64,000 nt of DNA. Source: Spirulina sp. (lineage in GTDB: Bacteria; Cyanobacteriota; Cyanobacteriia; Phormidesmidales; Phormidesmidaceae). Shown here piece after piece: positions 32,823 to 42,654 of this stretch; position 1 is the stretch's first letter; each line of letters begins with the position of its first letter. The translations under genes and the position numbers were made by a program. Under the pieces are notes generated by a model, which had not been told where the DNA came from, did not search any database, and saw only the letters and a program-made list of their open reading frames with translations. The stretch spans positions 160,001 through 224,000 of the forward strand of contig JBIPSI010000003.1 in assembly GCA_044070495.1 (NCBI GenBank), given 5' to 3'.

Positions 32823-33709
32823 TAGATTAGAATACGCCCTGCGGCCCCCCCAATGGAGGCGGGTAGACCGAGGACGATAGTGTTGCCCAGCCACTCTTGC
32901 CAGGGGTCGGTGAGGTTGAGCTGCTGAAATAGCACTAGCATCACCACAGAAATCAATAGCGCCACCAGGTAGGCCGCCAGGGTTTCGGTGATGGGGCTAA
33001 AGAGCAGCCCCCGCTGGAGCCGTTCGCTGCGGTCGGTGAAGCCGGAGGCAAACACAATGGCGTAGGACAGGCCCAGAGAAGCGACCATAATCAGCAGCAG
33101 CCACAGGGAGGGCAGCGACGAGGCAATCAGGGGCACTTCCTCGGTGGGGGCAATACTGAAGGCAATCAGCACCGCACCGATCAGGGTGGCATCGAGATCC
33201 ACCAGGGCATCCCGCACGGTGGCTAGGGTGGGGGAGGAAAAGTGGCGGGACAGGGGGGCCGTGGTGCGACGGTCGCGAACCTTGCGGCCCTGAAAGGTAG
33301 ACCGGGCCAGGGCCACCCCCAGGGAAAAGGGCACCGCCTCAAACACCAGTTTGCCCAGGGCTTCCGCCAAAGGTGTGGCTAGGGTGATGCGCCGCAACAG
33401 CACCAGGGCCAGGGCGGCACAAATCACCCCAATCCCCACCGCTTCAATGCTTTCCATGACGGCCTCTAGGGGATGCAAACTCAGGGTTTGGCGAAAGCCT
33501 TCTACTTGGGTGAGCAACCATGCCACCAACAGCGTGGCCCCCAGCACCGCCAGCAACCACCAGGCCCCCGTCGCCGACCCAATTGACCAAACCTCGACGG
33601 TGTAGAGCAAGGGCACCCCAAACAAAAAGCCCCCCGCCGCCCCCCGCACCACGGCCTGAAGTTCTAGGGGCCACATAGAGGTTAGCTTGGTCTGGGCCTC
33701 AGAATGCAT
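32822..33709 (-). CDS. TIGR02587-family (DUF2391) membrane protein
   Basis: RGAAGGFLFGVPLLYT.EVW, IAPTEE and GLPASIGGAAGR motifs. Confidence 0.88.
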   Translation of the reverse strand: MHSEAQTKLTSMWPLELQAVVRGAAGGFLFGVPLLYTVEVWSIGSATGAWWLLAVLGATLLVAWLLTQVEGFRQTLSLHPLEAVMESIEAVGIGVICAALALVLLRRITLATPLAEALGKLVFEAVPFSLGVALARSTFQGRKVRDRRTTAPLSRHFSSPTLATVRDALVDLDATLIGAVLIAFSIAPTEEVPLIASSLPSLWLLLIMVASLGLSYAIVFASGFTDRSERLQRGLLFSPITETLAAYLVALLISVVMLVLFQQLNLTDPWQEWLGNTIVLGLPASIGGAAGRILI

Positions 33710-33922
33710 GGGTGGTTCTCCTGCGGCAATTTATTTACCCTAGCGCACCGTTTCGTCAGGAAACAGGGACACTTCGATAAAGTTGCCCCCAACGTTGACC
33801 CACGGTGCCAAGACGTTGCCCCCCTGTAACCGGGCTGGATTCCGCCTGTGGGAGCCGACACAAAACCGTGGATACCCTGCAAACGGGTAGGATAGAGCCA
33901 TGACCCTGACCTGGAGGTGCCC

Positions 33923-34564
33923 ATGGCAAAAATCGCGGTAATTGACTATGACATGGGAAACCTGCACTCGGCCTGTAAGGGGTTGGCCTTGGCTGGGGCA
34001 ATTCCCCAAATCACCGACCACGCCGCTGATTTAGAGGCCGCCGATGCCCTGGTGTTGCCGGGGGATGGGGCCTTCGATCCGGCCATGCAGCACCTCCATC
34101 GGCGGGATTTGGTGCAGCCGATTAAAGATGCCATTGCCAGCGGCAAGCCCTTTCTGGGGATTTGTCTAGGGCTTCAATTGTTGTTCGACTATAGTGACGA
34201 AGGGACGGAAGCCGGACTGGGGCTGATTCCGGGCCACATTAAAAAGTTTCAGAAGGAACCGGAAATCACCATTCCCCACATGGGCTGGAACCAACTGACC
34301 CTCACCCAGCCCGATACGCCCCTGTGGCAGGGCCTCCAGACCGGAGATTGGGTGTATTTTGTCCATTCCTACTATGCGGCTCCTAGCGACCCTTCGGTGA
34401 TTGCGGCCACCACCACCCACGGCAGCCAAACGGTGACGGCGGCCATCGCCAAGGACAACCTTATGGCCATGCAGTATCACCCCGAAAAATCGGCCCCGGC
34501 TGGGCTAACGATGCTGGATAACTTTGTGGCCTTGGTGAAGCAACACAAGGCCGCCTCATCCTAA
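33923..34564 (+). CDS. hisH: Imidazole glycerol phosphate synthase glutaminase subunit
   Basis: IDYDMGNL, GICLG, PHMGWN, YFVHSY and QYHPEKS motifs. Confidence 0.97.
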   Translation: MAKIAVIDYDMGNLHSACKGLALAGAIPQITDHAADLEAADALVLPGDGAFDPAMQHLHRRDLVQPIKDAIASGKPFLGICLGLQLLFDYSDEGTEAGLGLIPGHIKKFQKEPEITIPHMGWNQLTLTQPDTPLWQGLQTGDWVYFVHSYYAAPSDPSVIAATTTHGSQTVTAAIAKDNLMAMQYHPEKSAPAGLTMLDNFVALVKQHKAASS

Positions 34565-34592
34565 ATCCAGGTTGTTTGCCCTTGGCATCGGC

Positions 34593-34615
34593 GGGCGAGG
34601 AAACCTCGCCCCTAC
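34593..34615 (-). repeat. GTAG-type REP-like palindrome
   Basis: GTAGGGGCGAGGTTTCCTCGCCC on the minus strand, between hisH and rsmD. Confidence 0.75.
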
Positions 34616-34666
34616 CGCTGATTTCCTCCACGTCCTAGCCATTTTCCTAGATCCCTCTTGCCTTTT

Positions 34667-35242
34667 ATGCTGCGTATCTACGGCAATCGCGCCCTCAAAA
34701 CCCTGCCCGGTGAAGCCACTCGGCCCACCTCCGCCCGGGTGCGGGAGGCACTGTTTAACATCTGGCAGGGGCGGGTGGCGGGGTGTCGCTGGTTGGATCT
34801 CTGTGCGGGCAGTGGGGCCATGGGGGCCGAGGCCCTGTGTCGGGGAGCCGCTGAGGTGGTGGGCATTGAGCAATCGGGGGATGCCTATGCCGTGGTGCGC
34901 GAAAACTGGCAGCGAGTGGCCCAGCCGAATCAAACCATCCGCCTGTTTAAGGGCGATGTGGTGAAACAACTCTCGCGGCTGAAGCAGCAACCCTTTGACC
35001 TGATTTACTTTGACCCCCCCTACACCAGCGATCTTTATCCAGCGGTTCTTGAGCGCGTCGTGAAATACGGGCTGCTAACGCCCACCGGAGAAATCGCCGT
35101 GGAGCATGGGGCCAACGGCTGGCAACCCACCGAGATTTCGGGGCTGGCTCTGGTGCGCCAAAAACACTACGGCACCACCCACCTTGCCTTCTATGCCCCC
35201 AAGGACCTTCCCCTAGGGGCTACCCCTTCCCTGGAAAGCTAG
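34667..35242 (+). CDS. rsmD: 16S rRNA m2G966 methyltransferase
   Basis: TRPT..RVREALFN, LDLCAGSG, DPPY and YG.T motifs. Confidence 0.95.
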   Translation: MLRIYGNRALKTLPGEATRPTSARVREALFNIWQGRVAGCRWLDLCAGSGAMGAEALCRGAAEVVGIEQSGDAYAVVRENWQRVAQPNQTIRLFKGDVVKQLSRLKQQPFDLIYFDPPYTSDLYPAVLERVVKYGLLTPTGEIAVEHGANGWQPTEISGLALVRQKHYGTTHLAFYAPKDLPLGATPSLES

Positions 35243-35310
35243 GCTTGTCTTGGCGATCAAGATAAACGGACACCCCATGATCCCAGGCCAGTGAGCAAGA
35301 GGAGCGATCC

Positions 35311-35982
35311 ATGTGTTTTTCGGTAGCGGCTAGCGTTGCGGCCAGTGCGGTGCTGATTCCCACCGGAATCTATGGTCTTGGCCTCGCCCGCACCAGATCA
35401 GCCTACTGGCCCCTGGCCTTGGTGCCCTTGGCCTTCGGCCTTCAGCAGGGGTTTGAGGGCATCGTCTGGTGGGGGATGAACGCCAATGACCTGACGATGG
35501 CGCGGGTGGGAGCGCTGTTGTTTCTCTTTTTCTCCCATTGGTTTTGGTTGGTTTGGCTACCGTTTCTAGCGCTGCATTTAGAAACCCATCCACGAATGCA
35601 GGCCATCGACCGCTGCTTGATGGGCTTGGGTGCCCTATACGGGGCGTTTCTATATTTGCCGTTACTCTGGCATCCAGACTGGGTTTCGGTAACGGTGATT
35701 CAGCATTCCATTGAGTACCAGGCTCACTTTATTGGCGAGTCGATTCCGGTGGTGTTCTCCCGTCTTTTATATACGTCAATTCTGTTGATACCGCTGATGT
35801 TTTCGTCTGAGCTAGACATCAGAATTTGGGGAGGCTTAATCGCCTTGCTAGCCTGCGTTAGCTATCTTGTGTTTAACTATGCCTTTGTTTCAATCTGGTG
35901 TTTTCTAGCGGCCCTGCTATCGCTTTGTGTGGTGTTTATGCTCGGCAAGGTGCAACCGAGTTTGCCAGAACGTTTTGGGTAG
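35311..35982 (+). CDS. Multi-pass membrane protein (DUF6629-like)
   Basis: MCFS..AS start, QQ.FEG.VW and S.WCF.AA motifs. Confidence 0.75.
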   Translation: MCFSVAASVAASAVLIPTGIYGLGLARTRSAYWPLALVPLAFGLQQGFEGIVWWGMNANDLTMARVGALLFLFFSHWFWLVWLPFLALHLETHPRMQAIDRCLMGLGALYGAFLYLPLLWHPDWVSVTVIQHSIEYQAHFIGESIPVVFSRLLYTSILLIPLMFSSELDIRIWGGLIALLACVSYLVFNYAFVSIWCFLAALLSLCVVFMLGKVQPSLPERFG

Positions 35983-36012
35983 GCGATCGGTTGGGGTGTA
36001 TCCCGGTCTTAA

Positions 36013-36110
36013 GTAGGATGTGTTAGGCGCAGCCGTAGCGCATCACAACCTTGGTCAGCATGGGTTAGGCGAATGCTTGTGCCATCGCTACGCCAACGCT
36101 CACCCATCCC
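36013..36110. repeat. GTAG REP-like hairpins, second family; related degenerate copy near 32304-32335
   Basis: GTAGGATGTGTTAGGCGCAGCCGTAGCGCATC versus GTAGGACTGGCTAGCGATAGCGTAACGCATC. Confidence 0.55.
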
Positions 36111-36270
36111 AGGGATCTACAGCGCGACAGGGAAAGGGTTGGGGACAGGGGGCCGAGGCCACCGTTCGCAACGGGTGGTTTGCAACGCTTTGACACAGGC
36201 TTCTATCACCGCCAGATTCGAGATTTATACTACACGGTATCGTTAAACTCAGACTGCCAGAGGATTTCCT

Positions 36271-37536
36271 ATGGCTCAAGCATCGTCTCCCCAGGCCGCA
36301 GCGGGTGGTTCCGGGGCTAGTGACTCCCCCCGCCGGACGCCCAAGCTGGTCATGGCCTTGCCCCTGGTGGTGCTGCTGCTGGCTGGAGCGGTGGGGTTGC
36401 GGTATTGGCTCACCCCTGCCGATGACTCGGTGATTGCCCTCAGTGGCCGCATTGAAGCCGACGAGACCAACCTGGGGGCCAAGGTGGGCGGGCGCATTTT
36501 AGAGGTCACCGTGCGGGAGGGGGATACGGTGGCGGTGGGCCAAGTGGTGGCCCGTTTGGATGATGCCGCCCTTCAGGCGCAGTTGGCGGCGGCCCAGGCC
36601 CAGGTGGCGGCGGCTCAGCAGCAGGTGAACCAGGCCCAGCTTCAGGTGTCGGTGGTAGAAAGCCAGATTCAAGAGGCCCAGATCACCCGACAACAGGCGG
36701 AAGGGGATACGGCGGGGCGGGTGAGTCAGGCAACAGCGCAGTTGGCCGCAGCCCAGGCCCAACTGTCCGAAACCCAGGCCAGGGTGCAAGAAACCCAAGC
36801 CACCCTCGCCCAGGCCCAGGCCGACCGCAACCGTCTGGCGATCCTGGCCGATCAGGGGGCCATCCCCCAGCAGCAGTTTGACCAGATTCAAACCCTGGTG
36901 GCCACCACCCAAGAAACCCTGAAGGCCCGCCAATCCGCCGCCGCCGCCGCCCAGCAGCAGGTGATTGCCGCCCAAGGAGCCTTAACCCAGACCCAAACCA
37001 CCCAGCTCAACCCCGACCTGCGTACCGCCCAGATTCAGCGGCTGCAAACCCAGCAGAACCAGGCCCGTGCCCAACTCGCAGGGGCCGAAGCCAACCTCCA
37101 ACAGGCCCAGGCCGCCCAGGCCGAGGTGGAGGCCCGCCGGGACGACCTCACCATCACCAGCCCCATTGCCGGGGTGGTGAGTACGCGCTTGGTGGAACCG
37201 GGGGAGGTGATTGCACCGGGGGCGCGGGTGCTGACCCTGGTGAATTTGGATGCGGTGTACCTGCGGGGCTTCATTCCCCAGGGGGAGGTGGGTCGGGTGC
37301 GGGTGGGGCAGGCGGCGCAGGTCTTTTTAGATTCGGCCCCGGATCAGCCCCTCGCGGCCAGGGTCACAGCGGTGGATACTGAGGCCTCCTTTACCCCGGA
37401 GAATATCTACTTCCGCGACGACCGAGTGACCCAGGTGTTTGGGCTGCGGCTGACCATTGACCAGCCGGGGGGCTTTGCTAAGCCGGGGATGCCCGCCGAC
37501 GGGGAAATTTTGTTGGATGACGGGGCAACGCCATGA
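36271..37536 (+). CDS. HlyD-family membrane fusion protein (YbhG/YhiI-like)
   Basis: N-terminal TM, SGRIE, V.EGD.V..G, long Ala/Gln coiled coil, FTPEN and KPGMPAD motifs. Confidence 0.92.
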   Translation: MAQASSPQAAAGGSGASDSPRRTPKLVMALPLVVLLLAGAVGLRYWLTPADDSVIALSGRIEADETNLGAKVGGRILEVTVREGDTVAVGQVVARLDDAALQAQLAAAQAQVAAAQQQVNQAQLQVSVVESQIQEAQITRQQAEGDTAGRVSQATAQLAAAQAQLSETQARVQETQATLAQAQADRNRLAILADQGAIPQQQFDQIQTLVATTQETLKARQSAAAAAQQQVIAAQGALTQTQTTQLNPDLRTAQIQRLQTQQNQARAQLAGAEANLQQAQAAQAEVEARRDDLTITSPIAGVVSTRLVEPGEVIAPGARVLTLVNLDAVYLRGFIPQGEVGRVRVGQAAQVFLDSAPDQPLAARVTAVDTEASFTPENIYFRDDRVTQVFGLRLTIDQPGGFAKPGMPADGEILLDDGATP

Positions 37537-39737
37537 CTCGGAATCTGGCCCCCCTTGCAGAGGCGGCGGTTGTGGTGCAATCCCTCAGCAAGCGCTACGG
37601 CACCGTCGAGGCCCTCAAGGGGATTACCTTTGCGGTGTCTCCGGGGGAAATCTTTGGCCTGATTGGCCCCGATGGCGCGGGCAAAACCACCACCTTTCAA
37701 ATTCTGGCGGGGGTGATGGCGGCCACTGCCGGGGAAGTGCGGGTGTTGGGCACCGATCCGCGTTTGGCCCGATTGAACCTGGGCTATGTGACCCAGAAAT
37801 TTTCCCTCTATCCCGACCTCAGCATTCTGGAGAACCTACGCTACAGTGCCGGGTTGCGGCGGGTGCCAGAGGCGCGGTTTTCGGCACGATCCGAGGAATT
37901 GCTGGAGCGGGTAGGGCTAGATGGGTTTCGCCATCGCCTAGCGGGGCAGCTCTCTGGCGGCATGAAGCAAAAGCTGGCCCTCTGCTGTGCCCTGGTGTCG
38001 GGGCCAAAAATTCTGCTGCTGGATGAACCCACCACCGGGGTAGATCCCGTCTCTCGGCGGGAGTTTTGGGATTTGCTGGCGGCAGTGGCGGCGGAGGGCG
38101 TAACCGTGATCGCCGCCACCCCCTACCTCGACGAGGCGGAACGCTGCCACCGCATCGCCCTAATCTACGCGGGCGAGATTCAGGAGATGGGCACCCTGCA
38201 AGCCCTGCGCGACAACCTCGGACTGCGGCGCATTGAGGTGTGGGCCGAGCCGCTGGATCGGGCGGAGGCGGTGCTATACCAGCGGTTGAGTGGCCCTCAC
38301 CCTAGCCCTCTCCCTGGGGGAGAGGGGACTGGAGGGATCCCCCCTGCCCCCCTTCGTAAGGGGGGTGGTACAGACTGGGGGGCTGAGCGTCCGATGAATG
38401 GGATTCCCGCGCATGGGAGTCCCACAAATGAAAGTTCTATAAATGGAACTTCCATTGAAAAGAAAGCTGTAACGGCGGGGAACTCAACCCAAGCGATTGT
38501 GGATATTCAGACCTTTGGGGATCGGCTGGATGTGATGGTGACCGATGCGGCCCAAGGAGAGCAGCAGATTCGTGCTCTGTTGGCCCGTCACAATGTGCCC
38601 CTCAGCGGCCTGCGGCTGGATGAACCGACCCTAGAAAATGTGTTTGTCAACCGTCTGCGCCAACAGGGCCTAGATCCGGCCTACCTGGCGTTTCCGGCCC
38701 ACCGTTCGGGCAAGGAAGCGGGGGGTGTGGCCCTAGCGACTCGCCAGTTGCAGAAAACCTTTGGCAACTTCCAGGCGGTGCGGGGGGTGGATATTACCGT
38801 CCACTACGGCGAAATTTACGGCCTGTTGGGGGCGAATGGGGCGGGCAAAACCACGGTGATTAAGATGCTGTGCGGCCTGCTTCCCCCCAGCGGCGGCACG
38901 GTAGAACTGGCGGGGGAAACCAGCCAACTCAACCGTTCGGAAGTGCGCTCCCGGATTGGCTACATGAGCCAAAAATTCACCCTCTACGACGACCTCACCA
39001 TTCGCCAAAACCTAGAGTTTTACTGCGGCGTCTACGGTGTGCCCAAGCGGTTGCAGCGCGACAAAATCGACTGGGTGCTAGAAACCTGCGGCCTCACAGG
39101 GCAAGATCATCGGCTAACGGGTAGCCTGCCGGGGGGCTGGAAGCAGCGAGTATCCTTTGGGGCCTCGGTGATGCACGAACCCGACCTGCTGTTCCTCGAC
39201 GAACCCACCTCCGGCGTAGACCCCCTGGCGCGGCGACAGTTTTGGCGGCTGATTCGCGACTTTGCCCAGCGCGGCACTGCCATCCTCGTCACCACCCACT
39301 ATTTAGAGGAGGCCGAAAACTGCAACACCATGGCCTTTATGGTGGCCGGATCCATCGTGGCCCAGGGGTCGCCCAGCGCCATCAAAACCAGCCAGCCCGG
39401 TCAGTTGGTCGAACTGCTGACGGATCAAACCCAGGCCGCCTCAAACCTGCTGAAGGCACGGCTGGATTCCTGGCGAGTGTCGATTTTTGGAGATCGGCTG
39501 CACCTTGTCCTCGATGATCCCGACCGGGATATGGCCACCGTGCAGGGGTGGCTGCGGGATGCTGAGATTCCTGTATTGTCCATGCGCCCCATTCCCTTTT
39601 CCCTGGAGGATGCGTTCATCGGCATCGTGCAGCGGGCGGAAACGGCTCAGCGGACGGACAGCCTTCAGCAGACAGAATCAGTCCAGCGAACGGACAGCGT
39701 CCAGTGGACAGAATCAGTCCCACGGGAGGGATCATGA
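37533..39737 (+). CDS. ABC transporter ATP-binding protein with two NBDs (YbhF-like), carrying an in-frame repeat insertion
   Basis: GPDGAGKT/LSGG/DEPT in NBD1 and GANGAGKT/LPGG/DEPT in NBD2. Confidence 0.93.
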   Translation: MTRNLAPLAEAAVVVQSLSKRYGTVEALKGITFAVSPGEIFGLIGPDGAGKTTTFQILAGVMAATAGEVRVLGTDPRLARLNLGYVTQKFSLYPDLSILENLRYSAGLRRVPEARFSARSEELLERVGLDGFRHRLAGQLSGGMKQKLALCCALVSGPKILLLDEPTTGVDPVSRREFWDLLAAVAAEGVTVIAATPYLDEAERCHRIALIYAGEIQEMGTLQALRDNLGLRRIEVWAEPLDRAEAVLYQRLSGPHPSPLPGGEGTGGIPPAPLRKGGGTDWGAERPMNGIPAHGSPTNESSINGTSIEKKAVTAGNSTQAIVDIQTFGDRLDVMVTDAAQGEQQIRALLARHNVPLSGLRLDEPTLENVFVNRLRQQGLDPAYLAFPAHRSGKEAGGVALATRQLQKTFGNFQAVRGVDITVHYGEIYGLLGANGAGKTTVIKMLCGLLPPSGGTVELAGETSQLNRSEVRSRIGYMSQKFTLYDDLTIRQNLEFYCGVYGVPKRLQRDKIDWVLETCGLTGQDHRLTGSLPGGWKQRVSFGASVMHEPDLLFLDEPTSGVDPLARRQFWRLIRDFAQRGTAILVTTHYLEEAENCNTMAFMVAGSIVAQGSPSAIKTSQPGQLVELLTDQTQAASNLLKARLDSWRVSIFGDRLHLVLDDPDRDMATVQGWLRDAEIPVLSMRPIPFSLEDAFIGIVQRAETAQRTDSLQQTESVQRTDSVQWTESVPREGS

Positions 39738-40843
39738 AGCGCGTTCTGGCCCAAGCCTGGAAGGAACTCAACCAGTTTCGCCGAGATCGCCTGACGGTGG
39801 CCCTGGCCTTTGTGCTGCCCCTAGCGGTGATGCTGATCTACGGCTACGCCATTCGCCTAGAGGCCAAAAACATTCCCCTCAGCATCCAAGACTTTGACCA
39901 CAGTGGCCTCAGTCGCGCCTACGTGGAGCGGTTGTTTGCCACCAACCAGTTTGTCTTCGCGCCCATGCCGGGGCCAGACCCCACCGCCGCCCTCGATCTC
40001 GGCACCGCCAAGGCCACGGTGATTATTCCGCCCAACTTCGAGCGTCAGGTGGCCCAGGGCCAGACGGTCACGGTGCAGGCGTTGATCGACGGCACCGACG
40101 TGAACAATGCCCGCGTCATTCAAAACAGCCTGCGGGCCACCACCCAGTTCTTTCTCCGCAGCCAAAATCTCATCCCCGACGAGGCCCGATCCCCCATTCA
40201 GCCCCAGGTGCGCCTGTGGTTCAACCCCGGTCGCCGCGAAGCCCTCTACATCGTCCCCGGTATTTTTGGGGTGATTCTCTGGGTGTTTCCCTCCATGCTG
40301 TCCGCCATTGCCCTGGTGCGTGAAAAGGAACAGGGCACCCTGGTGCAGGTCTACGCCTCCGACCTCAGCGCCGTGGAATGGCTGCTGGGTAAGGAACTGG
40401 CCTACCTGCTGGTGGGTCTGGGCGAAACGCTGGTGGTCGTCACCGTGGCCATGGTGCTGTTTGGTCTGCGTCTCCAAGGCGACCCCACCCCGCTGCTGCT
40501 GGGGCTGGTGATTTACCTGGCGGCGGCGGTGGCCTTTGGCCTACTGGTTGGGGCGAGGGCGGGCAACCAAACCGGAGCCGTGCAGGGCACCGCCATTGTG
40601 GGCTTTCTCACCGCTTTGCTGCTCTCCGGTTTTATCTACCGCCTAGAGAATGTGCCCTTCCCCCTGTCGCTGCTGTCGAATGTGATTCCGGCCCGCTACT
40701 TCATCGTCATCACCCGCGATGCCTTTGTGCGCGGCACGGGCTGGGCCGGGGTTTGGTATGCGCCCTTGGCCATCGCCCTACTCGGTGGATTTTTCTTTCG
40801 CACCGCCACTCGCATCCTCCACCGGATGCAGTTTCGAGATTAG
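39734..40843 (+). CDS. ABC-2 permease (YbhS-like)
   Basis: KE..Q..RD, FNP, REKE.GT and LLSGF motifs; overlaps the ATPase stop (ATGA). Confidence 0.9.
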   Translation: MKRVLAQAWKELNQFRRDRLTVALAFVLPLAVMLIYGYAIRLEAKNIPLSIQDFDHSGLSRAYVERLFATNQFVFAPMPGPDPTAALDLGTAKATVIIPPNFERQVAQGQTVTVQALIDGTDVNNARVIQNSLRATTQFFLRSQNLIPDEARSPIQPQVRLWFNPGRREALYIVPGIFGVILWVFPSMLSAIALVREKEQGTLVQVYASDLSAVEWLLGKELAYLLVGLGETLVVVTVAMVLFGLRLQGDPTPLLLGLVIYLAAAVAFGLLVGARAGNQTGAVQGTAIVGFLTALLLSGFIYRLENVPFPLSLLSNVIPARYFIVITRDAFVRGTGWAGVWYAPLAIALLGGFFFRTATRILHRMQFRD

Positions 40844-40860
40844 AGCCTTCCCTTATCCCC

Positions 40861-41982
40861 ATGCCCATGCCCTTCCCTCGCCTCTGGCCCCTCATGCTCA
40901 AAGAAATCCGCCAGATTCTCAAAAATCGGCAGATTATCTTTTTGCTGTTGTTCCCACCCACGGTGCAGCTTTTGGTGTTTGGGCTGGCCCTCAACCCTGC
41001 CGTTAACCACCTCAGTTTGGGCGTGGTGGACTACAACCCCAGCCTTGCCAGCCGCGATTTTGTCGCTGCCCTGGTGGCCAACGATGTGTTTGAAATTCAG
41101 TCCTTTCAGCCCAGCACCGCCGACCTAGGGCAGCAGGTACGCACAGGCCACATTTCCACCGGGCTGGTGATTCCGCCGGAGTTTGCCGAGCGGCTGGCGG
41201 CGGGGCAGCAGGTGGATGTGCAGGTGCTGATCGACGGGGTGGATGCCAACACAGCGGGCATTGCCAGGGGCTACATGGGGCAGATGATCACCCGCTACGG
41301 CCAAAGCCTGCGGCAGCAAGCAGGGCAGGCCCTAGACCCGCCCGTGGAGACAGCGGTACGGTTTTTGTACAATCCGGGGCTGCTCAGCAGTTGGTTCTTT
41401 GTGCCGGGGGTGATCGGCGTGGTGCTGACGCTGACCGGATCGCTGGTGTCCTCTACCACAGTAATCCGTGAAAAAGACGTGGGCACCCTAGAGCAATTGT
41501 TGATGACCCCGGCCCAGGGCTGGGAGATTTTGACCGCCAAAATTGCACCGCTGTTTGTGCTGCTAATGGGAGATTTACTGCTGGCATCGGCCCTGGCGCG
41601 TCTGGTGTTTGGTCTACCCTTTCGCGGCAGTTACCCGCTGTTTTTGGCCCTGTCGGGGATGTACATCTTTGTGGCCATTAGCCTAGGCATTTTGCTCGCC
41701 ACCCTAGCCCGCACCCAGCAACAGGTGGTGCTGCTCTCCTTCTTTTTCAACGTGCCGCTGATTCAGCTTTCGGGGGCTATCGCCCCCATCGAAAGTATGC
41801 CAACCTTTTTTCGGGTGCTGTCGTTTTTTAACCCCCTGCGACACTACGTCACCATTGCCCGCAGCCTTATTCTCAAGGGGGTTAGCGTCCAAGTGCTGCT
41901 ACCGGAAATTGCGACGCTGTTAGCTTTTGCGGTGATACTCATGGGCCTCAGCATCTACCGTTTTCGGGCACAGATCAACTGA
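40861..41982 (+). CDS. ABC-2 permease (YbhR-like)
   Basis: KEIRQ, YNP, REKD.GTLEQL..TP and LSG...PIESMP motifs. Confidence 0.9.
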   Translation: MPMPFPRLWPLMLKEIRQILKNRQIIFLLLFPPTVQLLVFGLALNPAVNHLSLGVVDYNPSLASRDFVAALVANDVFEIQSFQPSTADLGQQVRTGHISTGLVIPPEFAERLAAGQQVDVQVLIDGVDANTAGIARGYMGQMITRYGQSLRQQAGQALDPPVETAVRFLYNPGLLSSWFFVPGVIGVVLTLTGSLVSSTTVIREKDVGTLEQLLMTPAQGWEILTAKIAPLFVLLMGDLLLASALARLVFGLPFRGSYPLFLALSGMYIFVAISLGILLATLARTQQQVVLLSFFFNVPLIQLSGAIAPIESMPTFFRVLSFFNPLRHYVTIARSLILKGVSVQVLLPEIATLLAFAVILMGLSIYRFRAQIN

Positions 41983-42094
41983 GATCGATATAGCAGTTCT
42001 TTGATTGACGAGGTATACCTATTAGCCTACAAGCAAGGGACTTAAGCATTTTGCCTGTGTCATAATCTTACTGAAATCCGCTGTAAAGCTTTGG

Positions 42095-42334
42095 CTACTG
42101 ATAGAAATACGGAAAAAGTTCTGTTTCTGGAATATAGCGACAAGCCTGCCTATAAATTGCTCGACAGGTTCCTGTATCTAGCTCTCTATGATTAGGAATT
42201 GTGAGTGTTTCTTTGCCTGTCTCACTGACTCGACGCAATTTGATATGGCTCCCTCGTTGGCTGTAGACCTGAAAGCCAAACTGCTCCAGAATGTCAACAA
42301 CGTCTACCCCGGATAGGCGTTTAAGCTTAGGCAT
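42095..42334 (-). CDS. hicA: HicA-family toxin
   Basis: GF...SQRGSH.KL, T.P.H and GT..AI motifs. Confidence 0.88.
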   Translation of the reverse strand: MPKLKRLSGVDVVDILEQFGFQVYSQRGSHIKLRRVSETGKETLTIPNHRELDTGTCRAIYRQACRYIPETELFPYFYQ

Positions 42335-42560
42335 AGATAGGTTGCAACTCAAAGGTCACTAAAACTGAAGGATTCGCGACCACCCCAAACTCTGCCGGAT
42401 CTTCACCTTCCAGATGGAGCGCAATGGCTTCTTTCAGGTTTCTGACAACCTCATCTAGGGTTTCGCCTTGGGTAACAACTGAAATTTCTAAGCATTCAGC
42501 AATGTAGCCGCTTTGCTCTCCCGGACGAATAAAGGACTTAATGGTTTGTTGTAATTGCAT
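42327..42560 (-). CDS. hicB: HicB-family antitoxin, short form without DNA-binding domain
   Basis: TQGETLDE...NLKEAIALHLE motif; overlaps the hicA start. Confidence 0.88.
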   Translation of the reverse strand: MQLQQTIKSFIRPGEQSGYIAECLEISVVTQGETLDEVVRNLKEAIALHLEGEDPAEFGVVANPSVLVTFELQPIYA

Positions 42561-42654
42561 AATCACAATCCTCACAAAAATAGATGTTTTCTCAACGGTT
42601 TACCCACCTAAAAATATCTGCTCTACTCGCGCTTTTACCTCGACAACAGCACCA

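Noticed and set aside
36570..37130. Ala/Gln-rich repetitive DNA (GCCCAG runs)
   Set aside because: Explained by the HlyD coiled coil.
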